Notes: a model not told the origin generated them from the sequence alone. Positions 28,931 through 38,395 are shown, counted from the first letter of the stretch. The stretch is DNA of 64,000 nucleotides from an uncultured Clostridia bacterium (GCA_947601495.1 CANQGE010000006.1:8190-72189); one strand, 5' to 3'. Made by a program: numbers and translations.

Positions 28931-30370
28931 TTATTTTATTTCAGTTCCGCCCCATTCAACAGCTACAAACCCATTTCTTTCTGGTGTCGTTAATTGTTGT
29001 TCTTGCACTTTGATAGGTTTTTCTAAGCCTTTAAATGTCATTAAAACTCTTATAACCGTATCTGGATTCGGATTTATTTCTAATGGCATATTAGCATTTA
29101 TTTCATCTAAGGTAGCAAATCTTATATAATTGTATTTATTAGCTTCCAATTTTGGCAACCAATAAACAATAAATTCCTCGGATTCTCTTTCTGTTAGTCC
29201 TAGAATGTCCAATTTTTCTTCTAAAAATGTTGCAACATCTTTTCCTTTAACTATAAATCCATCATTTTCAACTTTAAAATTTACACTGCTTTCACATTCA
29301 TAATATAATGAGTATAAATTTCTATTTGTTGATAAATCTATTAAGGAACCATCTTCTTTTGCTAATACATTCCAAGCAGTAGTATATTTAGGATAAGAAA
29401 CTGTTATCATATCATCATGCAATAACTTTACTGAAACTTCTTCTTCATTTGCTGGATATAAATATATTATTGGTTTATCAATTGATGAATTTGGCATCAT
29501 AATAGCAATAAAGGTAATGAAACCAAAGAATATTACTATTAAGACTAATATTCCTATTACAATTCTAAAAAATATTTTTTTAATTGGTTTTTCAGTTTTT
29601 GATTTATTATCAACTTTCTTATTATGACTTATTACAAACATTGAAACAATTATTATTACTGCTATTAATATAACAAATGTAGTAACAAAAAAGATGTCAA
29701 AATCTATTTCAAAACTATTATTCGTTGTTTTTCTATAAATATCAAAATCAACATGATTAATACTTTTATCCAATACTATAAAATTAATATCGGTAATAGG
29801 TGCCAAATCGCCACCATATGTATGAAAATCATCTTCTATATTAACAGTTATTTGCGTATCTTCTTGAGTTACACTAACTATTGAATAGTCATGATTAGAA
29901 GAAGAGTAATCACTCATTTGAACTGCTAGATTATTATTTTCAAAAAAATTGTCATTAAAATAAGTTAATGCTGGTTGATTATTTACAGTTATTTTATCTA
30001 GCAAAGATGTTTGATCTTGTTCTTGTACTTCAGTAGAATAACTAGACTCTGATGACGCAAAGTATTTTAGTAGGTACGTTTTCAATTCTTCATTAGAAGT
30101 TACAAAAAAATTTTCTAAATTATCGCTTCCATAACCACTTGAATGTAATACGGTATATTTTACATTAGATTTTTTAGGTATTTTCTTTGTAAAAGTATCT
30201 GCATATAAAGTTGTTGTACTTGTTGAGCCTGTAGTTGATGCAACGTAACTATGTGGTGCAATTAATATGTGTTGTATAAAAAATATTATTCCAAAAATAA
30301 TAGCTAATACAGCTATAATAATTAAAATAGTTTGCATTAAAGTAATTTTTTTTATCTTTTTTTCTTTCAA
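28931..30370 (-). CDS. hypothetical membrane protein, 479 aa
   Basis: TTG start behind AGGAGG; TM helices near residue 10, near 225 and near 270; no family recognised. Confidence 0.6.
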   Translation of the reverse strand: MKEKKIKKITLMQTILIIIAVLAIIFGIIFFIQHILIAPHSYVASTTGSTSTTTLYADTFTKKIPKKSNVKYTVLHSSGYGSDNLENFFVTSNEELKTYLLKYFASSESSYSTEVQEQDQTSLLDKITVNNQPALTYFNDNFFENNNLAVQMSDYSSSNHDYSIVSVTQEDTQITVNIEDDFHTYGGDLAPITDINFIVLDKSINHVDFDIYRKTTNNSFEIDFDIFFVTTFVILIAVIIIVSMFVISHNKKVDNKSKTEKPIKKIFFRIVIGILVLIVIFFGFITFIAIMMPNSSIDKPIIYLYPANEEEVSVKLLHDDMITVSYPKYTTAWNVLAKEDGSLIDLSTNRNLYSLYYECESSVNFKVENDGFIVKGKDVATFLEEKLDILGLTERESEEFIVYWLPKLEANKYNYIRFATLDEINANMPLEINPNPDTVIRVLMTFKGLEKPIKVQEQQLTTPERNGFVAVEWGGTEIK

Positions 30371-30429
30371 TTTTTAACCTCCTGTATCTTTAGTAAACTT
30401 ATAATGGCATATTAGTGCTTTCATTCATG

Positions 30430-31200
30430 TTATTCTCCGACATCTCGTCCTTCTTTTTGTTTATGTATTAGAGCTTCTGCTTCAGAAATTGTTTTAGCTT
30501 CTGCCTCTAATGAAGACAATTCTTCTTCTTTTTTACCTAGTTCAGTTTTTTGATATTCTAAAAAATTTCTATGTCTTCTTAAAGCTTCTTTACTTTCATA
30601 AAATGTATCCTCTTCGTCACAATATACAAGCCCTAGATCTTCAACTGCTGTTTCGTAATCGAATGAACTCTCATTTACCGTATAAGTAGGATTAGATTCA
30701 CTTTCCAACTCAGGATTTTCTTTAAGAAACTTATGAATAGGAATAGATATTATGTGCCACTTATTTAGATATGCAAAAAGTATTTCTGATTTAGATTTAT
30801 ATTTATTACATGGTATATCTTGCATTCTAAAATCAGATATTTTACTTAGAAAAAAATTTTTTACCTCGTCAACAGTGGTTTGTTCTGTTATAGGCATATG
30901 TAAATGTATAACTTTACCACTGTCATGCTCATAACACATTTCGGCAATTCCTTCTTTAATTTTTTGCTGTACTATCTTTTTATTTTCTTCTGACAATTTA
31001 TCATAGAAAATAGATAGCCACGCGGTACCATTAACATTCGTTTTATTTGCTGATGACATACAAGTTAATATGTTTTTATCATATAAACTTTCTACAACTT
31101 CTACTAATGGTTCTTCAATAAAATCTCTTAAATTTTCTCGTGTAATCGTTTCTGAAGATTTCAGTATTTGTTGAACTTCTGATACTTTTTTCATATTCAT
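30430..31200 (-). CDS. hypothetical protein, 256 aa
   Basis: GGAG RBS; acidic coiled-coil C-terminus; no family recognised. Confidence 0.55.
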   Translation of the reverse strand: MNMKKVSEVQQILKSSETITRENLRDFIEEPLVEVVESLYDKNILTCMSSANKTNVNGTAWLSIFYDKLSEENKKIVQQKIKEGIAEMCYEHDSGKVIHLHMPITEQTTVDEVKNFFLSKISDFRMQDIPCNKYKSKSEILFAYLNKWHIISIPIHKFLKENPELESESNPTYTVNESSFDYETAVEDLGLVYCDEEDTFYESKEALRRHRNFLEYQKTELGKKEEELSSLEAEAKTISEAEALIHKQKEGRDVGE

Positions 31201-31341
31201 ATATTATCTCCATTCTTTTTATTTATTTTAATATATCATTCAATTTATTATTTTACAATATATTAGTCATTAATATTATTTAGCAATATATATTTTTATA
31301 TAATTTTAAATACAAAAAAACCTGAGATTTCTCTCAGGTTT

Positions 31342-31429
31342 TGGTGCAGATGGCCGGAATCGAACCGGCACGGATTATTCGTCCGCAGGATTTTAAGTCC
31401 TGTGCGTCTACCAGTTCCGCCACATCTGC
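31342..31429 (-). tRNA. tRNA-Leu (anticodon UAA)
   Basis: Reverse complement GCAGATGTGGCGGAACTGGTAGACGCACAGGACTTAAAATCCTG + long variable arm + GGTTCGATTCC...CTGCACCA; hairpin terminator CCTGAGA..TCTCAGG at 31321-31338. Confidence 0.93.
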
Positions 31430-31450
31430 ATTCTTGAACTGACAACAGTT

Positions 31451-31479
31451 ATTATACTATCTAAAATTTTATATGTCAA
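31451..31479 (-). promoter_or_regulatory. promoter of tRNA-Leu
   Basis: Minus strand TTGACA (31474-31479), 17-bp spacer, TATAAT (31451-31456). Confidence 0.65.
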
Positions 31480-31561
31480 GAACTTTTAAAAAAATAAATT
31501 CATATTTTGAGCATTTTTTATTAAAATTTTTAGAAAATTATTTTATTTAAATTAGCACTTT

Positions 31562-31603
31562 CTATTTTTTTTAAAATAAAGAACCCCTCCCGTTTGGGAG
31601 AGG
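31562..31603 (-). terminator. terminator of the 67-aa GC-rich ORF
   Basis: CCTCTCCCAAACGGGAGGGG hairpin on the minus strand followed by a T-rich run. Confidence 0.55.
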
Positions 31604-31631
31604 AAAAGAAATAGATTCTTTTTGGAAAAAC

Positions 31632-31835
31632 CTAGCAGTAAAAGGATCTGCATATCATCCGCTCGTTCAACGGCTTTTTGACGGTGAAGACGGCGCCATC
31701 TTTGTAAATGGCATAGACCTTGTCTTCTGAATCGGTCGGAATTTCGACCATGCATACTGCTTCGAGCACGGTCAATTCTGGGCCACCTTGCCGTTTGAAT
31801 TCGGATACGGCTTGCTTAGCTAGACTTTTTTCCAT
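31632..31835 (-). CDS. hypothetical small protein, 67 aa, compositionally foreign
   Basis: AAGGGGGA RBS 6 nt before ATG 31835; GC-type codons; no family recognised. Confidence 0.6.
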   Translation of the reverse strand: MEKSLAKQAVSEFKRQGGPELTVLEAVCMVEIPTDSEDKVYAIYKDGAVFTVKKPLNERMICRSFYC

Positions 31836-31929
31836 GATCAATCCCCCTTAATCGATGATAGTTCCTGTTGTACTCGGCCGGTGCGATTGAGTTACTGTAC
31901 TAGTACGTTACTACGTACAAAGTACTACT

Positions 31930-32038
31930 ATTATACATAATTTTACATAAAAAGTCAACAATGTCATTATAAAACTGACAAATACTTGTAACAACAGAAT
32001 TTGCAAAAGTTGAAAGTTTACTTAAAAAGTGATATAAT
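31930..32038. promoter_or_regulatory. divergent near-consensus promoters of the GC-rich two-gene patch
   Basis: Minus strand TTGACT (31953-31958)-17-TATAAT (31930-31935); plus strand TTGAAA (32010-32015)-17-TATAAT (32033-32038) with TG extension. Confidence 0.6.
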
Positions 32039-32115
32039 ATATGTTAGGGTACATCGGTACTTTTATATATAACCTCCAGAGCGAAATACAATATGAGAAA
32101 GAGGGGAATTCAACA

Positions 32116-32493
32116 ATGTTCGTTTTGGTCTTGGTCAGTCTCATGGACAGCGTGATTATTGAAAAAATAGCCAAGCTGCTCAAGCTCGCGAGTCCGATTA
32201 CCGAAGTGCTGATCCCGTTGTTAACCTGCATGTTGCTTACGAGCGTGTTCAAATCAGCTTACGCAGCAACATCTGAGGAAAGCCGGGATGTGATTCAGCT
32301 AATTCGGGCGACGATTTTGACGATTGGAAAGGCGATTGGCGGAGCCCTAATGAAACTGGAACTCTGCATAGAACGACCGACGATAAGATTATTCAGGAGG
32401 CTTAGAGGCTTTTTCAACAAGGTATTGCCTCGAAGTGTTAGCGAACTGCTGGCAATCTTCCTGATTTCCATCATTTTGACCGCAATAATTTAA
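32116..32493 (+). CDS. hypothetical hydrophobic/amphipathic protein, 125 aa, compositionally foreign
   Basis: AGAGGGGAA RBS before ATG 32116; hydrophobic N- and C-terminal segments (MFVLVLVSL..., LLAIFLISIILTAII); hairpin terminator follows. Confidence 0.6.
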   Translation: MFVLVLVSLMDSVIIEKIAKLLKLASPITEVLIPLLTCMLLTSVFKSAYAATSEESRDVIQLIRATILTIGKAIGGALMKLELCIERPTIRLFRRLRGFFNKVLPRSVSELLAIFLISIILTAII

Positions 32494-32514
32494 GGAGGGA
32501 TTTTCAGAAACACA

Positions 32515-32560
32515 AGCGTATAGACCCGTTAGGCTACTAACGGGTCTGTGTTCATTTTAT
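32515..32560 (+). terminator. rho-independent terminator
   Basis: AGACCCGTTA / TAACGGGTCT stem followed by GTGTTCATTTT. Confidence 0.65.
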
Positions 32561-32641
32561 AAAACTGTGTTAATAATTGAATACAATTTTAATAAAATCT
32601 TTTTTTAAAATAATATAATAACTTCATATAATAAACTACAA

Positions 32642-33304
32642 CTAAATTCTATTTACAATTTCAGAAATTAATGTTTTAGTTGTTATTTTATCACAAAATT
32701 GCGAGCTAAAATTTTTAAAATTTGAATTGATTTTTACCGAATTTATTGAACGAATAATAGCCCATTTTACATTATCTGGCTTTACATCATAAATTTTTGC
32801 AACATATGGATAAATTTCTTGTTTTAGATTTTCAAATAAATATTTATCTTTATTCATATAGGAATAAACAATAGCTTCTAAAAGATAATTTGTTCCGTTT
32901 AATTTAAAGTCAAAGTTAAGTTTTTCTAGAACCTTATAAACTTTTTTACGAGTAGTTCTATCACACAACTTTAATATAAAATTCTGAAATTGCTCATAAA
33001 TATAAGAATCACTTGATTGCAAAGACAGATTTAACATATATTTAGAATTTCTTATATTAGTATTTTTATTGCAAAACATAACTTTATTTTCGATATTTTT
33101 TAATAAATGTTGAACTTGCGAATTTTTTAAATCCATTTCTGATAATACAACCATATTTATTTTGTAAGAACTTAAAGCTTTGTTAAATTCTTCTAAATTA
33201 TCAAATATGCCAATTAATTTAATATTATTAGATTTAGAGAAAAGACAATTACAAGTTTTTTTAATTATTTCTAAATTATTACTATAGATTATTGCTTTAT
33301 ACAT
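32642..33304 (-). CDS. Spo0A C-terminal-domain-like DNA-binding protein with degenerate receiver domain
   Basis: GTNYLLEAIVYSY...EIYPYVAKIYDVKPDNVKWAIIRSIN aligns with the Spo0A effector-domain pattern (G..YLREAI...LYP.IAKK....VERAIRHAI). The N-terminal half is receiver-like but acidic pocket and phospho-Asp positions read SNN and LSEMD. Confidence 0.65.
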   Translation of the reverse strand: MYKAIIYSNNLEIIKKTCNCLFSKSNNIKLIGIFDNLEEFNKALSSYKINMVVLSEMDLKNSQVQHLLKNIENKVMFCNKNTNIRNSKYMLNLSLQSSDSYIYEQFQNFILKLCDRTTRKKVYKVLEKLNFDFKLNGTNYLLEAIVYSYMNKDKYLFENLKQEIYPYVAKIYDVKPDNVKWAIIRSINSVKINSNFKNFSSQFCDKITTKTLISEIVNRI

Positions 33305-33392
33305 TTTATTTCTCCTTTATCATTTATATTAATAAAACAATTTAAATGATAAAAAAGTGACAAAAATTTTTTAAAATTTGAAGGTAACTAAA

Positions 33393-33911
33393 ATGAATAT
33401 TGAATTTAGTACGAAGAAATTAATTGATAATTACTCTAGTATGATTTTTCATATAGCATTAGGATATTTAAGAAACAAAGAAGATGCTGAAGACTTGGTG
33501 CAAGAAGTTTTTATTAATTATATTAAATACATAAAAAAGAATAATAAATTTACAGATGAAAATCACGAGAAATATTGGATAATAAGAGTAACGCTAAATT
33601 TGTGCAATAATCAATTAAAAACATATAAAAAGAAAGACAAATTTTATTCTAATGATGAAACATTACAAGAATTTAATTTTAATGAAGATGAAATTTGCCT
33701 ATTAGATTGTATAAGTAAATTAAAAGCAAAATATAGAGACGTGTTTGAATTATTTTATATAAAAGAATTTAAAATTTCAGAAATAAGTAAAATTTTAAAC
33801 ATTAGTGAATCTAATGTGAAAACGAGACTAAAAAGAGCAAGAGAAAGCTTGAAAATGACTTTACAGAGTGGAGGTGACAATCAAAGTGAAAGATTTGGAA
33901 AAAGAAATTAA
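33393..33911 (+). CDS. ECF-type RNA polymerase sigma-70 family factor
   Basis: Region 2 DAEDLVQEVFINY and region 4 FKISEISKILNISESNVKTRLKRARESL. Confidence 0.82.
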   Translation: MNIEFSTKKLIDNYSSMIFHIALGYLRNKEDAEDLVQEVFINYIKYIKKNNKFTDENHEKYWIIRVTLNLCNNQLKTYKKKDKFYSNDETLQEFNFNEDEICLLDCISKLKAKYRDVFELFYIKEFKISEISKILNISESNVKTRLKRARESLKMTLQSGGDNQSERFGKRN

Positions 33912-34566
33912 TAATGTTAAAAATAAGATAAATAACATAGATTTAGATGAAAATTTTAAAGAAGAATTAAACCATAAACTTACATTAGAATATGAAAAAG
34001 AGAATAAAAATAATAAGAAGAAAATTTTTTATTTTCCCAAACAAGTTGTGGCAGCAATATTATGCATTGTGATTTTGTCAAGTTGTGTATTTGCAGATGA
34101 AATTGAACAATTTGTTTTAGGTCTTTTCCATAATACAGATATTAGTATTGAAGAGATTTTAGAAAATAAAAATTTACAAAAATTCGATATGGAATATGTA
34201 GAAAAAGATGGAATAAAGATGAAGATAGATTACGCTTTAGTAGAAAAAGATTCTATTTATTTAGTATTTAATGTACTGAGTGAAGAAAATATTGATAAGA
34301 TTTACCTTGATAAATTTGCTTTAATGGATGAAAATAAAAATATTATATTTGACAGTACTCATTTAAAAAGTTCAAGATATGCATTATATAACAAAAAAAT
34401 TGATGATAAAAATTCAGTTTGTATATTAGAAATAAATAATGTGAAAACCATTAAAAGAGTTAGTCAATTAGATATAAATATATCATCAATTATAATATTA
34501 AGTAATGAAAAAATGAATCAAATAAATAATGAATGGATTTTTTATATAAATTTAATAAATAAATGA
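33886..34566 (+). CDS. putative membrane-anchored anti-sigma factor
   Basis: Overlaps the sigma gene 3' end; GGAGGTG then GTG 33886; single TM VVAAILCIVILSSCVFA; start uncertain (ORF opens at 33868). Confidence 0.5.
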   Translation: MKDLEKEINNVKNKINNIDLDENFKEELNHKLTLEYEKENKNNKKKIFYFPKQVVAAILCIVILSSCVFADEIEQFVLGLFHNTDISIEEILENKNLQKFDMEYVEKDGIKMKIDYALVEKDSIYLVFNVLSEENIDKIYLDKFALMDENKNIIFDSTHLKSSRYALYNKKIDDKNSVCILEINNVKTIKRVSQLDINISSIIILSNEKMNQINNEWIFYINLINK

Positions 34567-34606
34567 AAAAAGCCCAACTCTGGTTTCACAGTGTTGGGCT
34601 TTGCTT
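34565..34606. terminator. bidirectional terminator
   Basis: AGCCCAAC / GTTGGGCT stem with an A-run before and a T-rich run after. Confidence 0.7.
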
Positions 34607-34645
34607 TAGTTTAAAGCTTTACGATGCAGAGCTTAGATGCTTACT

Positions 34646-35122
34646 TTACTTCCATGAATAATATGTGAGGGTTACCTTTATAGCGGTATTTCCCTCATTA
34701 ACGATTTTGAATTGGTATTTTTCGCCGGTTGAGTAAAGGTCTATATGGTCATTCTTGTATGGGGTTCCATCTGCAACGCCACCAATACCAGTTATTGGAA
34801 CGGTGACGTTATACACGAGATACACCGAATATAGCACGGACGTCGCTTGACCATTCGTGCCGGTAGCGCTCATTTCGTACGCAAAATACCGGTCAGGTAT
34901 TACGAACTTGGCGGTGTAGGTGGTTACTCCAACGTTCACAGTGTAGGTGTTTTGCTCCCACATGGCTGGCATGATTTCGGCATTACCGCCGGGCGCAATG
35001 TTCAGAGTGACAGTGTGCTCCTCGAGAGAGGAATGCAACTCGTCTTCGCTTGCGAAAGCAGTTACCGCGAAGAGCGAAAAGCACATAATCAAAACGAGAA
35101 GCATGGAAATGATCTTTTTCAT
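34646..35122 (-). CDS. hypothetical secreted protein, 158 aa, compositionally foreign
   Basis: GGAGG RBS; signal peptide MKKIISMLLVLIMCFSLFAVTAFA/SED; beta-rich mature part; GC-type codons; no family recognised. Confidence 0.7.
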   Translation of the reverse strand: MKKIISMLLVLIMCFSLFAVTAFASEDELHSSLEEHTVTLNIAPGGNAEIMPAMWEQNTYTVNVGVTTYTAKFVIPDRYFAYEMSATGTNGQATSVLYSVYLVYNVTVPITGIGGVADGTPYKNDHIDLYSTGEKYQFKIVNEGNTAIKVTLTYYSWK

Positions 35123-35445
35123 AATCTACCTCCATCAGGTCGTCACGGGCAATACTCACAGGACAACAGCAGCTCTGCATCGATGCCATTCATCGTGGGA
35201 ATATAGTCTAATTGCCCCACTAGAATGACTTTTCAAAGGCTTTAATAAAGCTAAAGCAAAAGTATTATAAAACGGTAAAATTTGGGCAATAATTTCAGGT
35301 GGCGAAAAGCGTTGATTGATAAGGAATGCAAGATTTAAGAAAAATAAAACAGCAAAAAAACACATCACTTTTCATCAATTTTTTACACAAAGAAAAAAAG
35401 ATATGATAATCTAAGAAAATCTTATTATAAAAAAGGAGAGTACAT

Positions 35446-36330
35446 ATGACGAAAGTAAATAAAAATTTAGACACAACAGAGGATTTTACGAAACCAACTT
35501 TTAAGGATGTTATGCATATAATTATTTCAATACTTGGAATAACAATTGCAACAATAGAAACTCTTGACATAAGAAATATTTTACAAATTAACCACACTAG
35601 AATAGCAATCTATAATATCATGCATTGTTTAATAATTATAGTAATAACATACTTCGCTTTTTCAAACAAACATAAAGAAATAAAGGCTAAAAATAGCATC
35701 AAGGAATTAGAGCAGAAAAACAAAAATCTATTAGAAATAAATGATGATGTAAAATGCTTTAAACATGATTTTAATAATATTATGCAGGCAATAAATGGAT
35801 ACATAGATTTAAAAGATATGAATTCTTTAGAAAAATATTTTAATTCTATTATAAAAGACTGTCGCCATATTAACACAGTAGAATTATTAAATTATAAAGC
35901 AACAGAAAATCCAGCAATTTATTCAGTATTATTAGATAAATATACAATGGCAAGAGAAAAGAATATTAATATAAATATTGATATATGTCTTAATTTAAAT
36001 GTTTTTACAGAAAAGGTTTATAGTATTTCTAGAATACTTGGAATATTGTTAGATAATGCAATAGAAGCAACAAATGAAACAGCAGAGAAAATAATAAATA
36101 TCGAGCTAAGAAAAGAGAAAAATAAGAATTTAATAGTAATAGAAAATACTTTTTTAGAAAAAGAAATAAACGTAAATAAAATATTTGAAAAGGGATATAC
36201 AAGCAAGAAGAATAACTCTGGTTTGGGATTATGGAAAATTAGAAAAATAATTGAAAAAGATAATTCTTTAAATTTAATAACTACTATTGAAAATAAAATG
36301 TTCAAACAAGTAGTAGAATTATCAGATTAA
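35446..36330 (+). CDS. GHKL sensor histidine kinase, AgrC/HPK10-like, short sensor region
   Basis: H-box FKHDFNNIMQAINGY, N-box LGILLDNAIEA, G-box NSGLGLW; only about two N-terminal TM helices; no adjacent response regulator. Confidence 0.75.
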   Translation: MTKVNKNLDTTEDFTKPTFKDVMHIIISILGITIATIETLDIRNILQINHTRIAIYNIMHCLIIIVITYFAFSNKHKEIKAKNSIKELEQKNKNLLEINDDVKCFKHDFNNIMQAINGYIDLKDMNSLEKYFNSIIKDCRHINTVELLNYKATENPAIYSVLLDKYTMAREKNININIDICLNLNVFTEKVYSISRILGILLDNAIEATNETAEKIINIELRKEKNKNLIVIENTFLEKEINVNKIFEKGYTSKKNNSGLGLWKIRKIIEKDNSLNLITTIENKMFKQVVELSD

Positions 36331-36514
36331 AGTTTTTAAAATACACAAAATTTTCAATGTAAATTTTGCAAAACTTCTTGATTTTTACTATAAAAGCTGT
36401 TATAATGTCATAGTTATTAAATAACACACATAGAAGGAGTTTTAAATTGTGCTTTTTTAAAGTTGTTTAAAATGTTGAATTCTATGGAGGAAAAACAAAA
36501 AGGAGGAATAAAAA

Positions 36515-37333
36515 ATGGCAGTAGTTGCAATGAAACAATTACTTGAAGCTGGTGTTCATTTTGGACATCAAACAAGAAGATGGGATCCAAAAATGGCTGA
36601 ATATATTTTTCAAGCTAGAAATGGAATCCATATAATAGACTTACAAAAAACTTCAAAAAAATTAGATGAAGCTTATAAGTTTATTAAAGAAAGAGCAGAA
36701 GAAGGAAAAACAGTTCTTTTTGTAGGAACTAAAAAACAAGCACAAGAGTGCATTAAAGAAGCTGCTCAAAAATGTAATATGTATTACGTAGATCAAAGAT
36801 GGTTAGGCGGAATGCTAACAAACTTTAACACAATTCAAGGAAGAATTCAAAGATTAAGAGACTTAGAAACAATGTCTCAAGATGGTACATTTGATGTATT
36901 ACCTAAAAAAGAAGTTATGGGACTTAAAAACGAAATGGAGAAACTAGAAAAAAATCTTGGTGGTATTAAAGAAATGAAAGAAATGCCAGGAGTTATGTTC
37001 GTAGTAGATCCTAAAAAAGAAAGAATAGCAGTATTAGAAGCTAAAAAATTAGGAATACCAGTAGTAGGTTTAGTAGATACAAACTGCAATCCAGAAGATG
37101 TTGATTATGCTATACCAGGAAATGATGATGCAATAAGAGCTGTTAAATTAATAGCAGATGTTATGGCAAATGCAGTTATTGAAGGTAGACAAGGAGAAGA
37201 TGCAGAAATTCCTGAAGAAATGTCTTCAAATGATGAAGAAGCAAAAGATATAGAAGAAGTTGTTGCTGAAGAAAAAGAAGAAGTTAAAGAAGAAGCTTCT
37301 GAAGAAAAAGCAGAAAATAAAGTAGAAGAATAA
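36515..37333 (+). CDS. rpsB: 30S ribosomal protein S2
   Basis: [18 protein letters not shown]..., acidic C-terminal tail. Confidence 0.96.
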   Translation: MAVVAMKQLLEAGVHFGHQTRRWDPKMAEYIFQARNGIHIIDLQKTSKKLDEAYKFIKERAEEGKTVLFVGTKKQAQECIKEAAQKCNMYYVDQRWLGGMLTNFNTIQGRIQRLRDLETMSQDGTFDVLPKKEVMGLKNEMEKLEKNLGGIKEMKEMPGVMFVVDPKKERIAVLEAKKLGIPVVGLVDTNCNPEDVDYAIPGNDDAIRAVKLIADVMANAVIEGRQGEDAEIPEEMSSNDEEAKDIEEVVAEEKEEVKEEASEEKAENKVEE

Positions 37334-37413
37334 TAAAACTTATTTAAGGGCGCTATTACTATTTTGTTAAGTAAACACGCCCTAATTTTAAAATAAAATA
37401 GGGGGTATCTAAT

Positions 37414-38289
37414 ATGATAACAGCAGAATTAGTAAAACAACTAAGAGAAAAAACTGGTGCAGGAATGATGGACTGCAAAAAAGTTTTAACAGAAACAGAT
37501 GGAGATATGGAAAAAGCAACTGAATTATTAAGAGAAAGAGGAATAGCTAAAGCAGCTAAGAAATCAGGAAGAATTGCTGCTGAAGGTTTAGTTACTACAT
37601 ATATTTCAGACAATAAAAAAGTAGGAGCTGTTGTTGAAGTAAATGCTGAAACAGACTTCGTTGCTAAAAATGATGAATTCATTAATTTTGTAAATGATGT
37701 AGCTAAAATAGTTGTAGATTCAAACCCAGCTAATTTAGATGCTTTATTAGAAACAAAATATAATAATACAGATAAAACAGTTAAAGAAGTTCTAACAGAA
37801 AAAATAGCTACTATTGGTGAAAATATGTCAATAAGAAGATTCGAAAGATTTGAATCAGAAGGATTTGTAGAAAGCTATATACATGGAGCTGGAAAAATAG
37901 GAGTTCTAGTTGATGTTAAAGCAGGAAAAGAAGAACTTGCAAAAGATATTTGTATGCAAATAGCTGCTGCAAGACCAGAATATTTAAATAGAGAATCAGT
38001 TCCACAAGAAAGAGTAGCAAAAGAAATGGAAATTTTAAAAGCTCAAGCTATGAATGAAGGAAAACCTGCAGAAATAGCTGAAAAAATGGTTCAAGGTAGA
38101 ATTGGAAAATTCTATGGAGAAATTTGCTTACTAGATCAAGAATTTGTAAAAGATCCAAATACAAAAGTTGGAGATTTAATAAAAAGCCAAAATGCTGAAA
38201 TAGTAAGATTTGCTAGATTTGAAAAAGGCGAAGGAATTGAGAAAAAAGAAGAAAACTTTGCAGAAGAAGTAATGAAGCAATTAAAATAG
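37414..38289 (+). CDS. tsf: translation elongation factor Ts
   Basis: ITAELVKQLREKTGAGMMDCKKVL N-terminal UBA-like motif; follows rpsB. Confidence 0.96.
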   Translation: MITAELVKQLREKTGAGMMDCKKVLTETDGDMEKATELLRERGIAKAAKKSGRIAAEGLVTTYISDNKKVGAVVEVNAETDFVAKNDEFINFVNDVAKIVVDSNPANLDALLETKYNNTDKTVKEVLTEKIATIGENMSIRRFERFESEGFVESYIHGAGKIGVLVDVKAGKEELAKDICMQIAAARPEYLNRESVPQERVAKEMEILKAQAMNEGKPAEIAEKMVQGRIGKFYGEICLLDQEFVKDPNTKVGDLIKSQNAEIVRFARFEKGEGIEKKEENFAEEVMKQLK

Positions 38290-38302
38290 AAATTTATTTA
38301 AA

Positions 38303-38333
38303 GGAGTGTTAAAAAAAACACTCTTTTTTTTTA
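38303..38333 (+). terminator. rho-independent terminator after tsf
   Basis: GGAGTGTT / AACACTCT stem followed by T9. Confidence 0.8.
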
Positions 38334-38395
38334 TTTTTTATTGAAAAAAGTTTATTATTTGATAGAATTATATAAAAATTGTTTAGGAGAAGCAT

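Noticed and set aside
31552-31755. 67-aa minus-strand ORF in an alternative frame of the small GC-rich gene
   Set aside because: It overlaps the terminator and lacks an RBS. The frame starting at 31835 has AAGGGGGA at proper spacing.
34847-35228. Plus- and minus-strand ORFs (34847-35206, 34947-35228, 34983-35189) overlapping the secreted-protein gene
   Set aside because: They are shadow frames in GC-rich DNA with no RBS and Arg/Ser/Gly-rich composition. The minus-strand 158-aa ORF has GGAGG and a signal peptide.
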